A DNA stretch of 64,000 nt, taken from contig OZ241907.1 in NCBI GenBank assembly GCA_965203515.1, positions 416,001 to 480,000 of the forward strand, read 5' to 3'. Shown piece by piece: positions 29,444 through 38,686 of this stretch (its first letter is position 1; each line of letters begins with the position of its first letter). Both the position numbers and the translations under genes were made by a program. The notes beneath the pieces are model-generated. The model ran no database searches, had not been told where the DNA came from, and saw only the letters and a program-made list of their open reading frames with translations. The DNA is from Spirochaetia bacterium. GTDB lineage: Bacteria > Spirochaetota > Spirochaetia > SZUA-6 > Bin103.

Positions 29444-30503
29444 ATGAGCGACTTGGCATTTACCGACACGCACGTTCACTTCTACGACCTGCGCGATCCT
29501 GCCCTGCACTACTCGTGGCTGGTGCCGGGAGCGACCGAGGAGGACGACGAAACCGGCAACCGCGACGCGCTCAAGGCGGTTCGCTACTGGGCGGACGACT
29601 TCATCGCCGAGTCGCGGCTGGCCGGCACGACCAAGGCCGTGCACGTGCAGGCGGCGATCGGCATCAAGGACCCGGTGGAGCGACCCCGAACCGGCCGCTG
29701 GAGCGACCGAGGAGGACGACGAAACCGGCAACCGCGACGCGCTCAAGGCGGTTCGCTACTGGGCGGACGACTTCATCGCCGAGTCGCGGCTGGCCGGCAC
29801 GACCAAGGCCGTGCACGTGCAGGCGGCGATCGGCATCAAGGACCCGGTGGAGGAGACCCGTTTCGTGCAGGGGTTCGCCGACCGCCTGGGATTTCCGCTG
29901 ACCATCGTCGCCTTCGCCGATCTGACGGCCGGCGACGCGGAGCGCGTGATCGATCGGCACCTGGAGTATCCGGGCGTATGCGGCATCCGGGACTTGCGCT
30001 ACGACGACTACCTGACCGATCCCCGCTGGGAGCGCGGTTACGCGCTGCTGGAACGGCACGGCCTGGTCTGCTGCGACGACCCGCTGGTGCCGGTCATGAG
30101 CGACGCGGTGGCGTTGGTGAAGCGCTACCCCGGCATCACCTACTGCATCGACCACGCCGGCTTTCCGCGGCGCCGCGATGCCGACTACTTCGAGGCGTGG
30201 AAGCGCGGCATGCGCTCGCTGGCCGCCCTCGACCACACTGTGGTCAAGATCTCCGGGCTGGGAATGTGCGACCACCGGTGGACGGTCGATTCGATCCGAC
30301 CCTGGGTCCTGGAGTGCATCGACGCCTGGGGCGTGGAGCGCTCGTTCTTCGGCACCAACTGGCCGGTGGACCGGCTGTTCTCGTCCTATACCGATGTCGT
30401 CCAGGCGTACCGACGAATCATCGCCGACTTCAGCCGCGACGAGCAGACGGCGCTGTTCTCCGGCAACGCCGACCGTATCTTCCGGCTGAACCCGGCGGCG
30501 TGA
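29444..30503 (+). pseudogene. Amidohydrolase_2 (sugar lactonase-like) frameshifted by a 172-bp duplication, or an assembly artefact
   Basis: DTHVHFYD N-terminus is in one frame; IDHAG, VKISG and FGTNWP are in another. Removing 172 bp gives an 888-bp single ORF. Confidence 0.85.
29528..29852. repeat. Direct duplication, 153 bp x2 (29528-29680 and 29700-29852), 19-bp linker
   Basis: Identical sequence ggagcgaccgagg...gacccggtggag read twice. Confidence 0.95.
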
Positions 30504-30513
30504 CGGCCGGCCG

Positions 30514-31854
30514 TCAACGCGCGAGCCGGGCGGACAGGCGCCGTTCCAGGTCGGCGCCCGGGGTGAAGTGCCACCGATTTCCGATCTTGCGCGCCTCCAA
30601 CAACCCTATATCGGCCAGTTCGAGCAGGTCGGTGCGGGCCGTCTGATAGACGACGTTGTGGCTCCTCCGGTGCCCTTCGATGGTGTACCGGCAGGTCGGA
30701 TGCCGCAGGGCATGGCCCAGGAGCGCGCGCTGACGGTGGTTGAGTTCGGCAACGCCTTGCAGTACCGATTCCAGATGCTGTCGTTGCGCGGTCTTGCGCG
30801 CTATGTACGCATGCAGCGCCCGGAGCGCACGGTCGAGGACGTCCAGGTGATAGCCGATGAAGTAGGTAAGGTCGTTGTCGTCGGTCTCGGTATGGAGGAA
30901 CGCCCGGCCATAGCGCGCCGGGGCGCTGCGGATGACGTGAGAGATCGTCAGGAACTCGACGAGCCAGTACCTTCGTCTCAGCATCGACCAGTAGAACAAG
31001 GCGCGTGCGGTGCGCCCGTTGCCGTCGACGAACGGATGGTCGTAGGCGATCCGGAAGTGGAGGATGATCGAGCGGAGCACGGGGTGGAGAAACGTTCCCG
31101 TGCTACCACCTTCCGCGTTCGCGAACCGGCACGTCGTGTCCAGCCGGGCGGGGAGTTCGCCGGCCGGCGGAGGCGTGTGCAACACGGTACCGTCGCGAGC
31201 GTCGACCACGTGGATCTTCTCGTCGGGCTTGCGCAGTCGCCCGGCGGCGGTCGCGTCGTCCAACGTGCCGGACGTCACCGAGCGGTGGACGTGGAAGAGG
31301 AGGTCGCGCGACAGCGGCTCGTCCTTGAGGCTGCGGATCGCCTGCATGGTCCGGTAGTTGTTGTAGATCATCCGTTCGCTTCGGTCTGCCGGCCGGCGGC
31401 CCGAGCGGATCATCTCCTGGGCCACCCTGCGGGTGGTCGATGCGCCTTCCAACTGGCTGGAGGTGATCGCTTCTTCGATCAGGGAGGAGACGTAGTACTG
31501 ATCCCGCGTTTCCGGATTGGTGATCTGCGCCGGCATGCCGACGCTGCCGCCGGCTCCCAGGTCGAGCCGATGCAGGAGCTCCTGGATCGGCGCGGTCAGG
31601 CTGTAGCGAAAGGGAACGCCCATGCTATCGTGCAGAGGAATCACCTGCGCGGAAACCGATCGCTGGATCTTCTCGGCCACCCACCACTCGTCGTGAGTCA
31701 AGCCGTCCGGCGCCGGGCGGTGACGCAGCTCGTCCCAGTGCAGATACCGGTCGGCCGGATTGCCCGCGGCCCGGGTCAGGACCTCGGTCAGCCGCGCCGG
31801 ATCGGCGTTGATCCTCCGGATCAGGGTTCCCAGGTCGGGCGGTCTCCGCGGCAT
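30514..31854 (-). CDS. Fic-domain protein with C-terminal wHTH-like region
   Basis: Canonical Fic motif HPFVDGNGRTARAL and EEAITSSQLEGA. Confidence 0.92.
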   Translation of the reverse strand: MPRRPPDLGTLIRRINADPARLTEVLTRAAGNPADRYLHWDELRHRPAPDGLTHDEWWVAEKIQRSVSAQVIPLHDSMGVPFRYSLTAPIQELLHRLDLGAGGSVGMPAQITNPETRDQYYVSSLIEEAITSSQLEGASTTRRVAQEMIRSGRRPADRSERMIYNNYRTMQAIRSLKDEPLSRDLLFHVHRSVTSGTLDDATAAGRLRKPDEKIHVVDARDGTVLHTPPPAGELPARLDTTCRFANAEGGSTGTFLHPVLRSIILHFRIAYDHPFVDGNGRTARALFYWSMLRRRYWLVEFLTISHVIRSAPARYGRAFLHTETDDNDLTYFIGYHLDVLDRALRALHAYIARKTAQRQHLESVLQGVAELNHRQRALLGHALRHPTCRYTIEGHRRSHNVVYQTARTDLLELADIGLLEARKIGNRWHFTPGADLERRLSARLAR

Positions 31855-31879
31855 TCTCACGAGCGGCGCTCGATCATGG

Positions 31880-31926
31880 TTGACAACACCATTGACAACA
31901 CTTTACTAACGAACGTCAAATTAGTA
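31880..31926. promoter_or_regulatory. Candidate operator/promoter: TTGACAACAC x2 and TACTAA-N11-TTAGTA
   Basis: AT-rich patch in the divergent intergenic region. Repeats read directly. Confidence 0.5.
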
Positions 31927-31990
31927 GAGTACGCGCGTCTGCGGAGAACGGTCCCCTGACCTGCGCGGCAGCATGTCGTACACTGCGCTC

Positions 31991-33652
31991 ATGTCCACGA
32001 CTACGACCCTTGCCGCCAGGACCCTTGCCGTCGGCGACGGCAGCGGCTGGCACTTCGTCAACGGCGCCTGGACGGACGGCGCCGACGGCGCGCTGACGAT
32101 TCCGCCCGATCTGGCGAATGCCGAGATCGGTCCCTTGCAGGGAGCGCACTTCGCGTTCGACCGCACCCGCGCCTGCCAGGACTGTCGGGTCAGCTTCGAC
32201 TTCCTGCTGCGCAGCCACAGCGATGCCGGCATCATCCTGCGCGCCCGCGACGAGTCCCACTTCTATCTCGTCCATTTTCCCAACTGCGGGCAGGCGTCGC
32301 GCGCGCAGCACTTCTGGGTCGCGCTGTCGAAGATGGACGGCGCCGGCTACCTCAAGCTCATCCGGCTGGCGATGGTCCCGCGCGTGCCGAGTACCAACGG
32401 CATACGGATGCGGTGCATGGTCGCCCTGCAGGGCGACCGGTTCATCGTGCGCGTCGGCGATTACGGCCGCTTCGAGGCGAGCGACGGCACCTACCGCGGC
32501 CCCGGCTCGGTAGGCGCGTACCTGTTCGGAGAGGCGGAGATCGGCAACGTCCGCGTGCACGGGCCGACCGCTCCGGCGTCGACCTGGCGGGCGGGGTTCG
32601 AGCATCCCACCAACTGGTGGCACCCGCTGCCGGCCGGAGCCGGCGTCTGGCAGCAACCGATCGACGTGAAGCGGTTCGACGACGGCGAGCTGCTGATGCT
32701 GGTCAACGTGCAGGGCGATACATCCGACGCCATGACCGCGCACGCCCAGCCGTTCCTGACCCGTTCGGCCGACGACGGCCGCACCTGGTCGGAGCTGCAG
32801 CCGCTCGGGCTCGGCGAGCTTGCCAGCTCCTGGTCCCCGGCGCGCATGCATCTCACGCCGCGCGGACGGCTGATCGCCATGCTGCCGGGACCCGATCACA
32901 AGCTGGTCTACCGGTCGAGTGACCGCGGCCGCACCTGGACCTCCGCCGGCACCACCAACCTGCACGTGGGGCCGCGCACGGAGCCGCCGGTGCAGAGCCT
33001 GGCGCCGATGGGATTCATGAACCTGGCCGACGGCGCCGTCCTGGCGTTCCTGCTGCACGGCAGGGAGCTGCATGGCAGGGACATGCACGACAATCCGCTG
33101 CCGCTCCATACCTGGGGCTCCTGGCATTGTCAGGCGTTCTGCGCCCGAAGCGACGACGACGGCGTCACCTGGAGCGCGCCGGTGAACGTCGACACGCCCG
33201 GCTTCCACGACGACGGCACGCCGATGGAGGGCAACCTCGACCTCACCGAATGCACGGCGGTGCAGCTCGGCAACGGTCGGGTAGCGGCCTACCTGCGGCC
33301 GATCTACTCACCCGTGATGTGGGAGAGCTGGTCGGACGACGGCGGCCGGTCGTGGGGGCCGGCCGTGCGCGGGCCGTTTGCGGGATACGCCTCGCCCAAC
33401 ATGGTGCGCACCGCCTCCGGCGCCTTGCTGATCGCCCACCGCATGCCGGGGCTGACCCTGCATTGCAGCCTTGACGACGGGCTGACCTGGGACCAGGGCA
33501 CGATGATCGACACCGGCCTGTGGGCGATGGGGGCGATGGTCGAGGTCGCGCCGGACGAGGTGCTCTACGTCTACTGGGACACCTTCCGGACCCTGGCCCG
33601 CGCTCAGCGCATCCGCATCACCCCGTCGGGCCTCGAACCGGTTCGACCGTGA
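31991..33652 (+). CDS. BNR/Asp-box (sialidase-like) protein with N-terminal lectin-like domain
   Basis: Five Asp-boxes (SADDGRTW, SSDRGRTW, SDDDGVTW, SDDGGRSW, SLDDGLTW). TACACT lies 6 nt before ATG 31991. Confidence 0.8.
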   Translation: MSTTTTLAARTLAVGDGSGWHFVNGAWTDGADGALTIPPDLANAEIGPLQGAHFAFDRTRACQDCRVSFDFLLRSHSDAGIILRARDESHFYLVHFPNCGQASRAQHFWVALSKMDGAGYLKLIRLAMVPRVPSTNGIRMRCMVALQGDRFIVRVGDYGRFEASDGTYRGPGSVGAYLFGEAEIGNVRVHGPTAPASTWRAGFEHPTNWWHPLPAGAGVWQQPIDVKRFDDGELLMLVNVQGDTSDAMTAHAQPFLTRSADDGRTWSELQPLGLGELASSWSPARMHLTPRGRLIAMLPGPDHKLVYRSSDRGRTWTSAGTTNLHVGPRTEPPVQSLAPMGFMNLADGAVLAFLLHGRELHGRDMHDNPLPLHTWGSWHCQAFCARSDDDGVTWSAPVNVDTPGFHDDGTPMEGNLDLTECTAVQLGNGRVAAYLRPIYSPVMWESWSDDGGRSWGPAVRGPFAGYASPNMVRTASGALLIAHRMPGLTLHCSLDDGLTWDQGTMIDTGLWAMGAMVEVAPDEVLYVYWDTFRTLARAQRIRITPSGLEPVRP

Positions 33653-33653
33653 C

Positions 33654-34505
33654 GTGAGAGCGCCCGCGGAGCGACCCTGCGGCACCGTCGTCTTCCTGAT
33701 CCATCCGTGCTGCTACGAGGCGCTGGCGGCGGAGCAGGTGCGCGCGGACAACCTGGAGCTCTTCGTGCGGATCGAACGGGAGGTGAAGCGGCGCTGGTTG
33801 GCCGATCTGCGGAACCGCTCGGAGCCGACGCTGTTCGCACAGCTCGGCGGTCCGGCCTATCTGACCGAGGCGGCGGTCGAGGCGCTGGGCGCTCCGTACG
33901 CGCTGCGGTTCACCACCGCGTTCGACGGATCGCTCACCGATTTCTACGAGGGACTGGCCGCCGAGTTCCATCGCCACGTCGCGGTGAACCGCTTGGCGCT
34001 CGACCTGGATACGGTGAGGTCGGAGCTCTGGGGCGAGTCGTTCGAGGGCTGCGTGCCCGGCTACGGCGGAGCCTTTGCCGAGTACCTGCCGCTCGGGCGG
34101 GCGCCGCGCATGCGCTTCGAGATGACCGTGCACGATTCGCGCCTGCTGTACGGCCATCGCGGGTACCGGGTGATCCCGTTGCCCGGCACCGATGTCGAGG
34201 CATGGCTGTTCGAGCTGCCGGACGGCACCGGCGCCGCCATGTTCCAGGCGCGGCGGCACGCGCAGTGGATCGACCGCCGACGCATCGGCCTGCAGCTCGA
34301 CGACCGCCGCATCCAGGTATGCACCAAACTGGGCCACACCGTCTGGCCGCCCGAACCGTGGGAGAAGGGCAAGCCGGAACGGATCCTCGACTACCGAATG
34401 GAGCTGCGGGAGTGCATCTGGCGCTGGGTCCGCTCGGTCGGCATGCCGCTCGACCGCTTCCGTGACGTCATCACCGCCGCCGTGCTCCACGACGCCTGCG
34501 ACTGA
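33654..34505 (+). CDS. Hypothetical protein
   Basis: 283 aa with protein-like composition and GC3 bias, 1 nt after the upstream stop. Confidence 0.7.
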   Translation: MRAPAERPCGTVVFLIHPCCYEALAAEQVRADNLELFVRIEREVKRRWLADLRNRSEPTLFAQLGGPAYLTEAAVEALGAPYALRFTTAFDGSLTDFYEGLAAEFHRHVAVNRLALDLDTVRSELWGESFEGCVPGYGGAFAEYLPLGRAPRMRFEMTVHDSRLLYGHRGYRVIPLPGTDVEAWLFELPDGTGAAMFQARRHAQWIDRRRIGLQLDDRRIQVCTKLGHTVWPPEPWEKGKPERILDYRMELRECIWRWVRSVGMPLDRFRDVITAAVLHDACD

Positions 34506-34577
34506 CGTTCCTGCGCTTGAACGCACCGCCCCGATCGGCCATGCTGAGCCGACCGAAACGCCCGACGCTCAAGGCAG

Positions 34578-34874
34578 ATGAGATATTGCGGAAATCCCAA
34601 GCATAAGGAACCGTGGCAGCGCGGTCGCCGCGGAACGCTCTGTCCCCAGGACATCGACCAGGAGACAGCTACTCGGTTGCTCAGCCAAAGCGAACCGGCG
34701 AACGGCAAACGGTATGCGGTGCATGCAGGGAGAGCGTATTGCGCGCAGGAGCATAGAGCCGGTGAGTGGCATGGTTACCCGGTCGGTTGGGTGAGGGTTC
34801 CGGAGACCCTGCGACGCAAGTGGATCAAGGAAAGATGTCTGCGGCGACGGGACCTCAAGAAGCACTGGGATTGA
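34578..34874 (+). CDS. Small basic hypothetical protein, putative toxin
   Basis: 98 aa with GNPKHK...WHGYPV motifs. Ends 10 nt before the ImmA/IrrE gene. Confidence 0.7.
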   Translation: MRYCGNPKHKEPWQRGRRGTLCPQDIDQETATRLLSQSEPANGKRYAVHAGRAYCAQEHRAGEWHGYPVGWVRVPETLRRKWIKERCLRRRDLKKHWD

Positions 34875-34884
34875 TTCGGTAGCC

Positions 34885-36462
34885 GTGGTAACTCAATGGG
34901 AGAGACTCGCCGGCGACACCAGCGTATTCGCGTTGCGAATGGCGTTCGGTCCTGATCCCGACGGAGGGTACGGCGTCGGTCGGGAGATCAGCCGGTCGTG
35001 GGGGAGCTTTCAGATCTGGGTCGGGGGCAGGAATCTGTGCGCTCACCTGGAGGAAGGTGAGCGCATGGATTCAGTCCATTGGTATCTCCTGCCGCTCATC
35101 GAGTGGTTCGCCCTCAACTGGAATCCGCTGCTCCACGAGGAGCGCCTGCCGGTACGGAACGACAACGATACCGCGTGGACATCTCTGCGCGCCACGCGGT
35201 TTCCGCCGCTGGCCGTCGAGAACGATGAAAAGAAGGCGTCCAAGTGGGAAACGACGTGGCAGAACTGGTGGGCTCGACACGCGATACGGGCGGCGAGCGA
35301 AGGCGGATTGTTCCCCGATGTCATCCTGAGACGCGTTCGAGACTCGGTCGAGGTCTCCTGGGGACCTGCACCGACCGAGGGGATGCCTCAGCACTTCAGT
35401 TTCCTGGAATCGGAGAAAGGTGCTGCCAAGTTGCCGCCGCGGCAAGTTGCCGAACCGCTGCATGACGTGATGTTCAGCGCAAGCGAGTATCTTCTTGCGC
35501 TGAAGCCGAATGCCCATCGAATCGAGGCCCTGCGCAAGGCGCTTCGAATGCTGAAGTCGGCAGCCGATCCGGGTCCGCGGCTCATGTGGCTCGCGGGGCT
35601 GGGAGTGGACGAGCGCTCCGTGCGGATGGGATGGCAGCAGGCAAGACGATCTCTGGCGAAGATCGTCGAAGAGCCGCGTCGCGCGATGCTGGATGTCCCG
35701 CCTTCGCCGTTCGTCATCGACGGTTCTTGTCATGCTGCGCTGATGTTCGGCTCGCTGTCACCCGACGTCGCGAAGGAAGATATCGAACACATAGCGCTCA
35801 AGATAGTCAGCCTCTACTCGCCGGAGGGAGAGTCAGAGACGACTCGTGCCATGTGCCGATCGGCACCGGTGGAGGAATCCCACTCCCCTTCCTGGTCTCA
35901 GGGGTATGAGCTTGCCGAGGAACTGCACGAGCGGTTCGATATGAAATTCGTAAAGGACGGCTCCGTAGACATCCAAGAGATGGTCGATCGCTTGGGAGTC
36001 ACGGTCGGAGACATAGCATTGTCTGACGATAAGATTCGCGGGATTTCTGTCGTCGGTCCTCAGCACCGGGCTGGCATATTCGTCAACTCCCGCCATGACG
36101 CGAACGCGCACGCGTTCGGCAACCGATTCACTTTGGCGCACGAGCTCTGTCACGTGCTGTTCGATCGAGAGGCGGGGAGCCGGCTGGCCATGGCCAGCGG
36201 ACCGTGGGCGCCACGCGACGTCGAGCGGCGTGCGAATGCCTTCGCGGCGATGCTGTTGATGCCGCATGATCTGGTGCAGCGCGCCATATCGACCATAACC
36301 ACGCGGCTCGACACCATGGCAGGAGTCAGGCAGGTGGCGAGTCGCCTGCAGACTGGTTTTCTGGCGGCGTTGCGCCATCTGGTGAACTTGGGGTTCATCG
36401 ACGACGCCGAACAGGAGCGGATCGAGAACGAGTACGGCGCGTTGATGCCGATGTCGGAGTAG
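34885..36462 (+). CDS. ImmA/IrrE-family Zn metallopeptidase with large unknown N-terminal region
   Basis: Motifs RFTLAHELCH (HExxH) and VERRANAFAAMLLMP. Confidence 0.87.
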   Translation: MVTQWERLAGDTSVFALRMAFGPDPDGGYGVGREISRSWGSFQIWVGGRNLCAHLEEGERMDSVHWYLLPLIEWFALNWNPLLHEERLPVRNDNDTAWTSLRATRFPPLAVENDEKKASKWETTWQNWWARHAIRAASEGGLFPDVILRRVRDSVEVSWGPAPTEGMPQHFSFLESEKGAAKLPPRQVAEPLHDVMFSASEYLLALKPNAHRIEALRKALRMLKSAADPGPRLMWLAGLGVDERSVRMGWQQARRSLAKIVEEPRRAMLDVPPSPFVIDGSCHAALMFGSLSPDVAKEDIEHIALKIVSLYSPEGESETTRAMCRSAPVEESHSPSWSQGYELAEELHERFDMKFVKDGSVDIQEMVDRLGVTVGDIALSDDKIRGISVVGPQHRAGIFVNSRHDANAHAFGNRFTLAHELCHVLFDREAGSRLAMASGPWAPRDVERRANAFAAMLLMPHDLVQRAISTITTRLDTMAGVRQVASRLQTGFLAALRHLVNLGFIDDAEQERIENEYGALMPMSE

Positions 36463-36476
36463 CGAGGGTCCGCCGG

Positions 36477-37463
36477 TCAGGGCGCGTCCGGCGTCCATCC
36501 CTGCGGGCAGTCCTTGCGGATCACCAGCCTGAGCCCGGCCGAGCAGCGGTCCAGCGCCGCGGCGTCCTCCGCGGGCAGCTCCCAGTCGGCGTCGCGGAAG
36601 TTCTGCCGTACCTGTTCCGGTGTGTCGGTGCCGATGATGGCGGCGTTCACGGCCGGCCGGCGCAGGCACCAGGCGGTGGCGACGCGGGTGGGCGAGGTGC
36701 CGTGACGGCGGGCTATGTCGAGCACCGCGTCGATCACGCGGCCGGCCGCCGGGGTCATGGCGGCCCGGAAGTTGTACGGCCCGCGGCGCCAGGAGGTGCC
36801 GGCCGGCGGCGGCCGGCCGTAGCGGTAGCGGCCGGCCAGCAGGCCGATCGCGGTGGTGGCGTAGGCGGTGACGCCGGTGCCGAGCGGCGCGATCCCCGGC
36901 AGCAGCTCCTGCTCGATACGCCGGTCGAGCAGGCTGTAGCCGACCTGATTGCAGACGACGCTCGCCCAGCCGCGCCGGCGGCCGATCTCGGCCGCCTCTT
37001 GCACCTGCCGGGCGCTGAAGTTGCTGACGCCGGGGTAGCGCACCTTGCCGTCGGTCACCAGCCGATCGAACGCCGACAGCGTTTCGTCGAGCGGCGTGCG
37101 CGGATCGGGAAAGTGGCACAGGTAGCAGTCGAGGTAATCGGTGCCCAGGCGCCGCAGGCTCGCCTCGCAGGCGCGCAGGACGTAGTCGCGCCGGAGGCCG
37201 CCGGCCGGCGCCTCCGGCATCGGCGCGCCGACCTTGGTGGTGATCACGAACCGATCGCGCCGACCCTCGACGGCCGCCCCGACGATCCGCTCGGAGCGGC
37301 CGGCGCCGTAGAAGTCGGCGCAGTCCAGGAAGTTGCAGCCCAGTTCGGCGGCGGCGCGGATGGCGGCGATGCAGATCGCCTCGTCCGGTGCGCTGCGGAA
37401 CACGGTGCCCAGGCAGAGGCGCGAGACGCGCAGGTCCGAGGCGCCCAGGCGGGCGTACTGCAG
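36477..37463 (-). CDS. Aldo/keto reductase (probable CTG start)
   Basis: Motifs LGASDLRVSRLCLG, DCADFYGAGRSE, SLRRLGTDYLD and GVSNF. AGGAG lies 7 nt before CTG 37463. Confidence 0.87.
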   Translation of the reverse strand: MQYARLGASDLRVSRLCLGTVFRSAPDEAICIAAIRAAAELGCNFLDCADFYGAGRSERIVGAAVEGRRDRFVITTKVGAPMPEAPAGGLRRDYVLRACEASLRRLGTDYLDCYLCHFPDPRTPLDETLSAFDRLVTDGKVRYPGVSNFSARQVQEAAEIGRRRGWASVVCNQVGYSLLDRRIEQELLPGIAPLGTGVTAYATTAIGLLAGRYRYGRPPPAGTSWRRGPYNFRAAMTPAAGRVIDAVLDIARRHGTSPTRVATAWCLRRPAVNAAIIGTDTPEQVRQNFRDADWELPAEDAAALDRCSAGLRLVIRKDCPQGWTPDAP

Positions 37464-37473
37464 GGCCCGGCTC

Positions 37474-38661
37474 CTAAGTGCCGGTGACGCCGGCCGCACG
37501 CAGCGCGGGCGCGATCCAGTCGACGCACCGGGACGGCGCCTCGGCGTAGTTGTAGAAGCCGACGGCGTGCGCCCCGGCATCGGCGACGGCGCGCACGCCG
37601 TCGATCATCGCCCGTTCGGTCACGATCGGCGTTCCGTACCGGGCGCCGTCGCCGTAGAAGCCCATGCGCAGCAATACGATCAGCTCCTGCCGGTCGCCGA
37701 GCGCGGCGCGGCCGTCCCGTGCGATCGCGGCGATCCGCTCCGGCGACTGGCCGTACGCGCCGGCCATCACCAGATCGATCGCCGGGTCCGCCGGGCCCAT
37801 CAGCCGCACGCCGTGCGGCTCGGCCTCCTGCCTCAGTTCCCGCAGAAGCCGGGCCTGGTTCCCCTGCAGCCGGCGCTCGTAGTCGGCCATGGCCGGGTGC
37901 AAGCGGCGGAACGCCTCCGGCGAGTCGGGCAGGTCGCCCGGCACGTCGGGCGCTGCCGCCAAGTACGCCTCCAGGTGGGCGCGCACGGCCTCCCTGAGCC
38001 CCTGCGCGCCGGCGCCGGCCACGTCGGCCGGATTGAACGACAGGTCGAGCAGGACGTTCTCCAACTCGCGCAGGTGTGTCCCTTGCCGCTCGTGGTGATG
38101 GCCGCCGACCCAGGAGCCGCCGTGCGCGCGGGAGCGGTAGTCGGCCGCTTCCAGCATGATGGTGTCGAGCGGATACCGGGACGCCAGGTCGCGGATCACG
38201 CCGCGCGCGAACGCCGCCGCGGTCGGGTGGCCGGGGCTGAGCGCGTGCGGGTAGCTGTCGCCGAAGGCGTTGTGGACGGTCAGTTCCGGGTGAGCCAGGC
38301 CGATGCGGGAGTTGTGCAGGAGCACGGTCCAGGAGCAGAGACGGAGGCCGGCCCGCGCCGCCGCATCGCAGATGGCGCCGAACAGGTCCCGGTCGCGGCT
38401 GACGGCGGCCACCTGCGGCGCCAGCCCCTCCGGGTAGCACGCCGGGTCGGGGTGGTAGTAGGCGACTCCGTCTTCGAGCATGTGGACCTTGCGGCGCGGG
38501 TTGTGCGGATAGAAGAAGAAGCCGGCGTGGTAGAGACTGGCGACCGCCAGATGGGTGACGCCCAGGTCGCGCGCGCGGCCGATCAGCCGGTCGACCCCTT
38601 CGTCGGCGAAGTCCCACGGGTAGCAGAACAGGTACGCCGCCTGCAGTCCCTCCGCGTTCAT
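37474..38661 (-). CDS. Hypothetical TIM-barrel glycoside-hydrolase-like protein
   Basis: YPWD, LAVASLYH and WTVLLHN motifs. In-operon spacing. Confidence 0.6.
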   Translation of the reverse strand: MNAEGLQAAYLFCYPWDFADEGVDRLIGRARDLGVTHLAVASLYHAGFFFYPHNPRRKVHMLEDGVAYYHPDPACYPEGLAPQVAAVSRDRDLFGAICDAAARAGLRLCSWTVLLHNSRIGLAHPELTVHNAFGDSYPHALSPGHPTAAAFARGVIRDLASRYPLDTIMLEAADYRSRAHGGSWVGGHHHERQGTHLRELENVLLDLSFNPADVAGAGAQGLREAVRAHLEAYLAAAPDVPGDLPDSPEAFRRLHPAMADYERRLQGNQARLLRELRQEAEPHGVRLMGPADPAIDLVMAGAYGQSPERIAAIARDGRAALGDRQELIVLLRMGFYGDGARYGTPIVTERAMIDGVRAVADAGAHAVGFYNYAEAPSRCVDWIAPALRAAGVTGT

Positions 38662-38686
38662 GTGGTTACCCTCTCATGTGGCTGTT

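Noticed and set aside
29402..30646. 414-aa ORF as a real fusion, or a programmed frameshift
   Set aside because: Fully explained by the 172-bp duplication, and no slippery site is seen.
34885..36462. Prophage/ICE induction module (ImmA-ImmR)
   Set aside because: No XRE repressor, integrase or phage genes are nearby.
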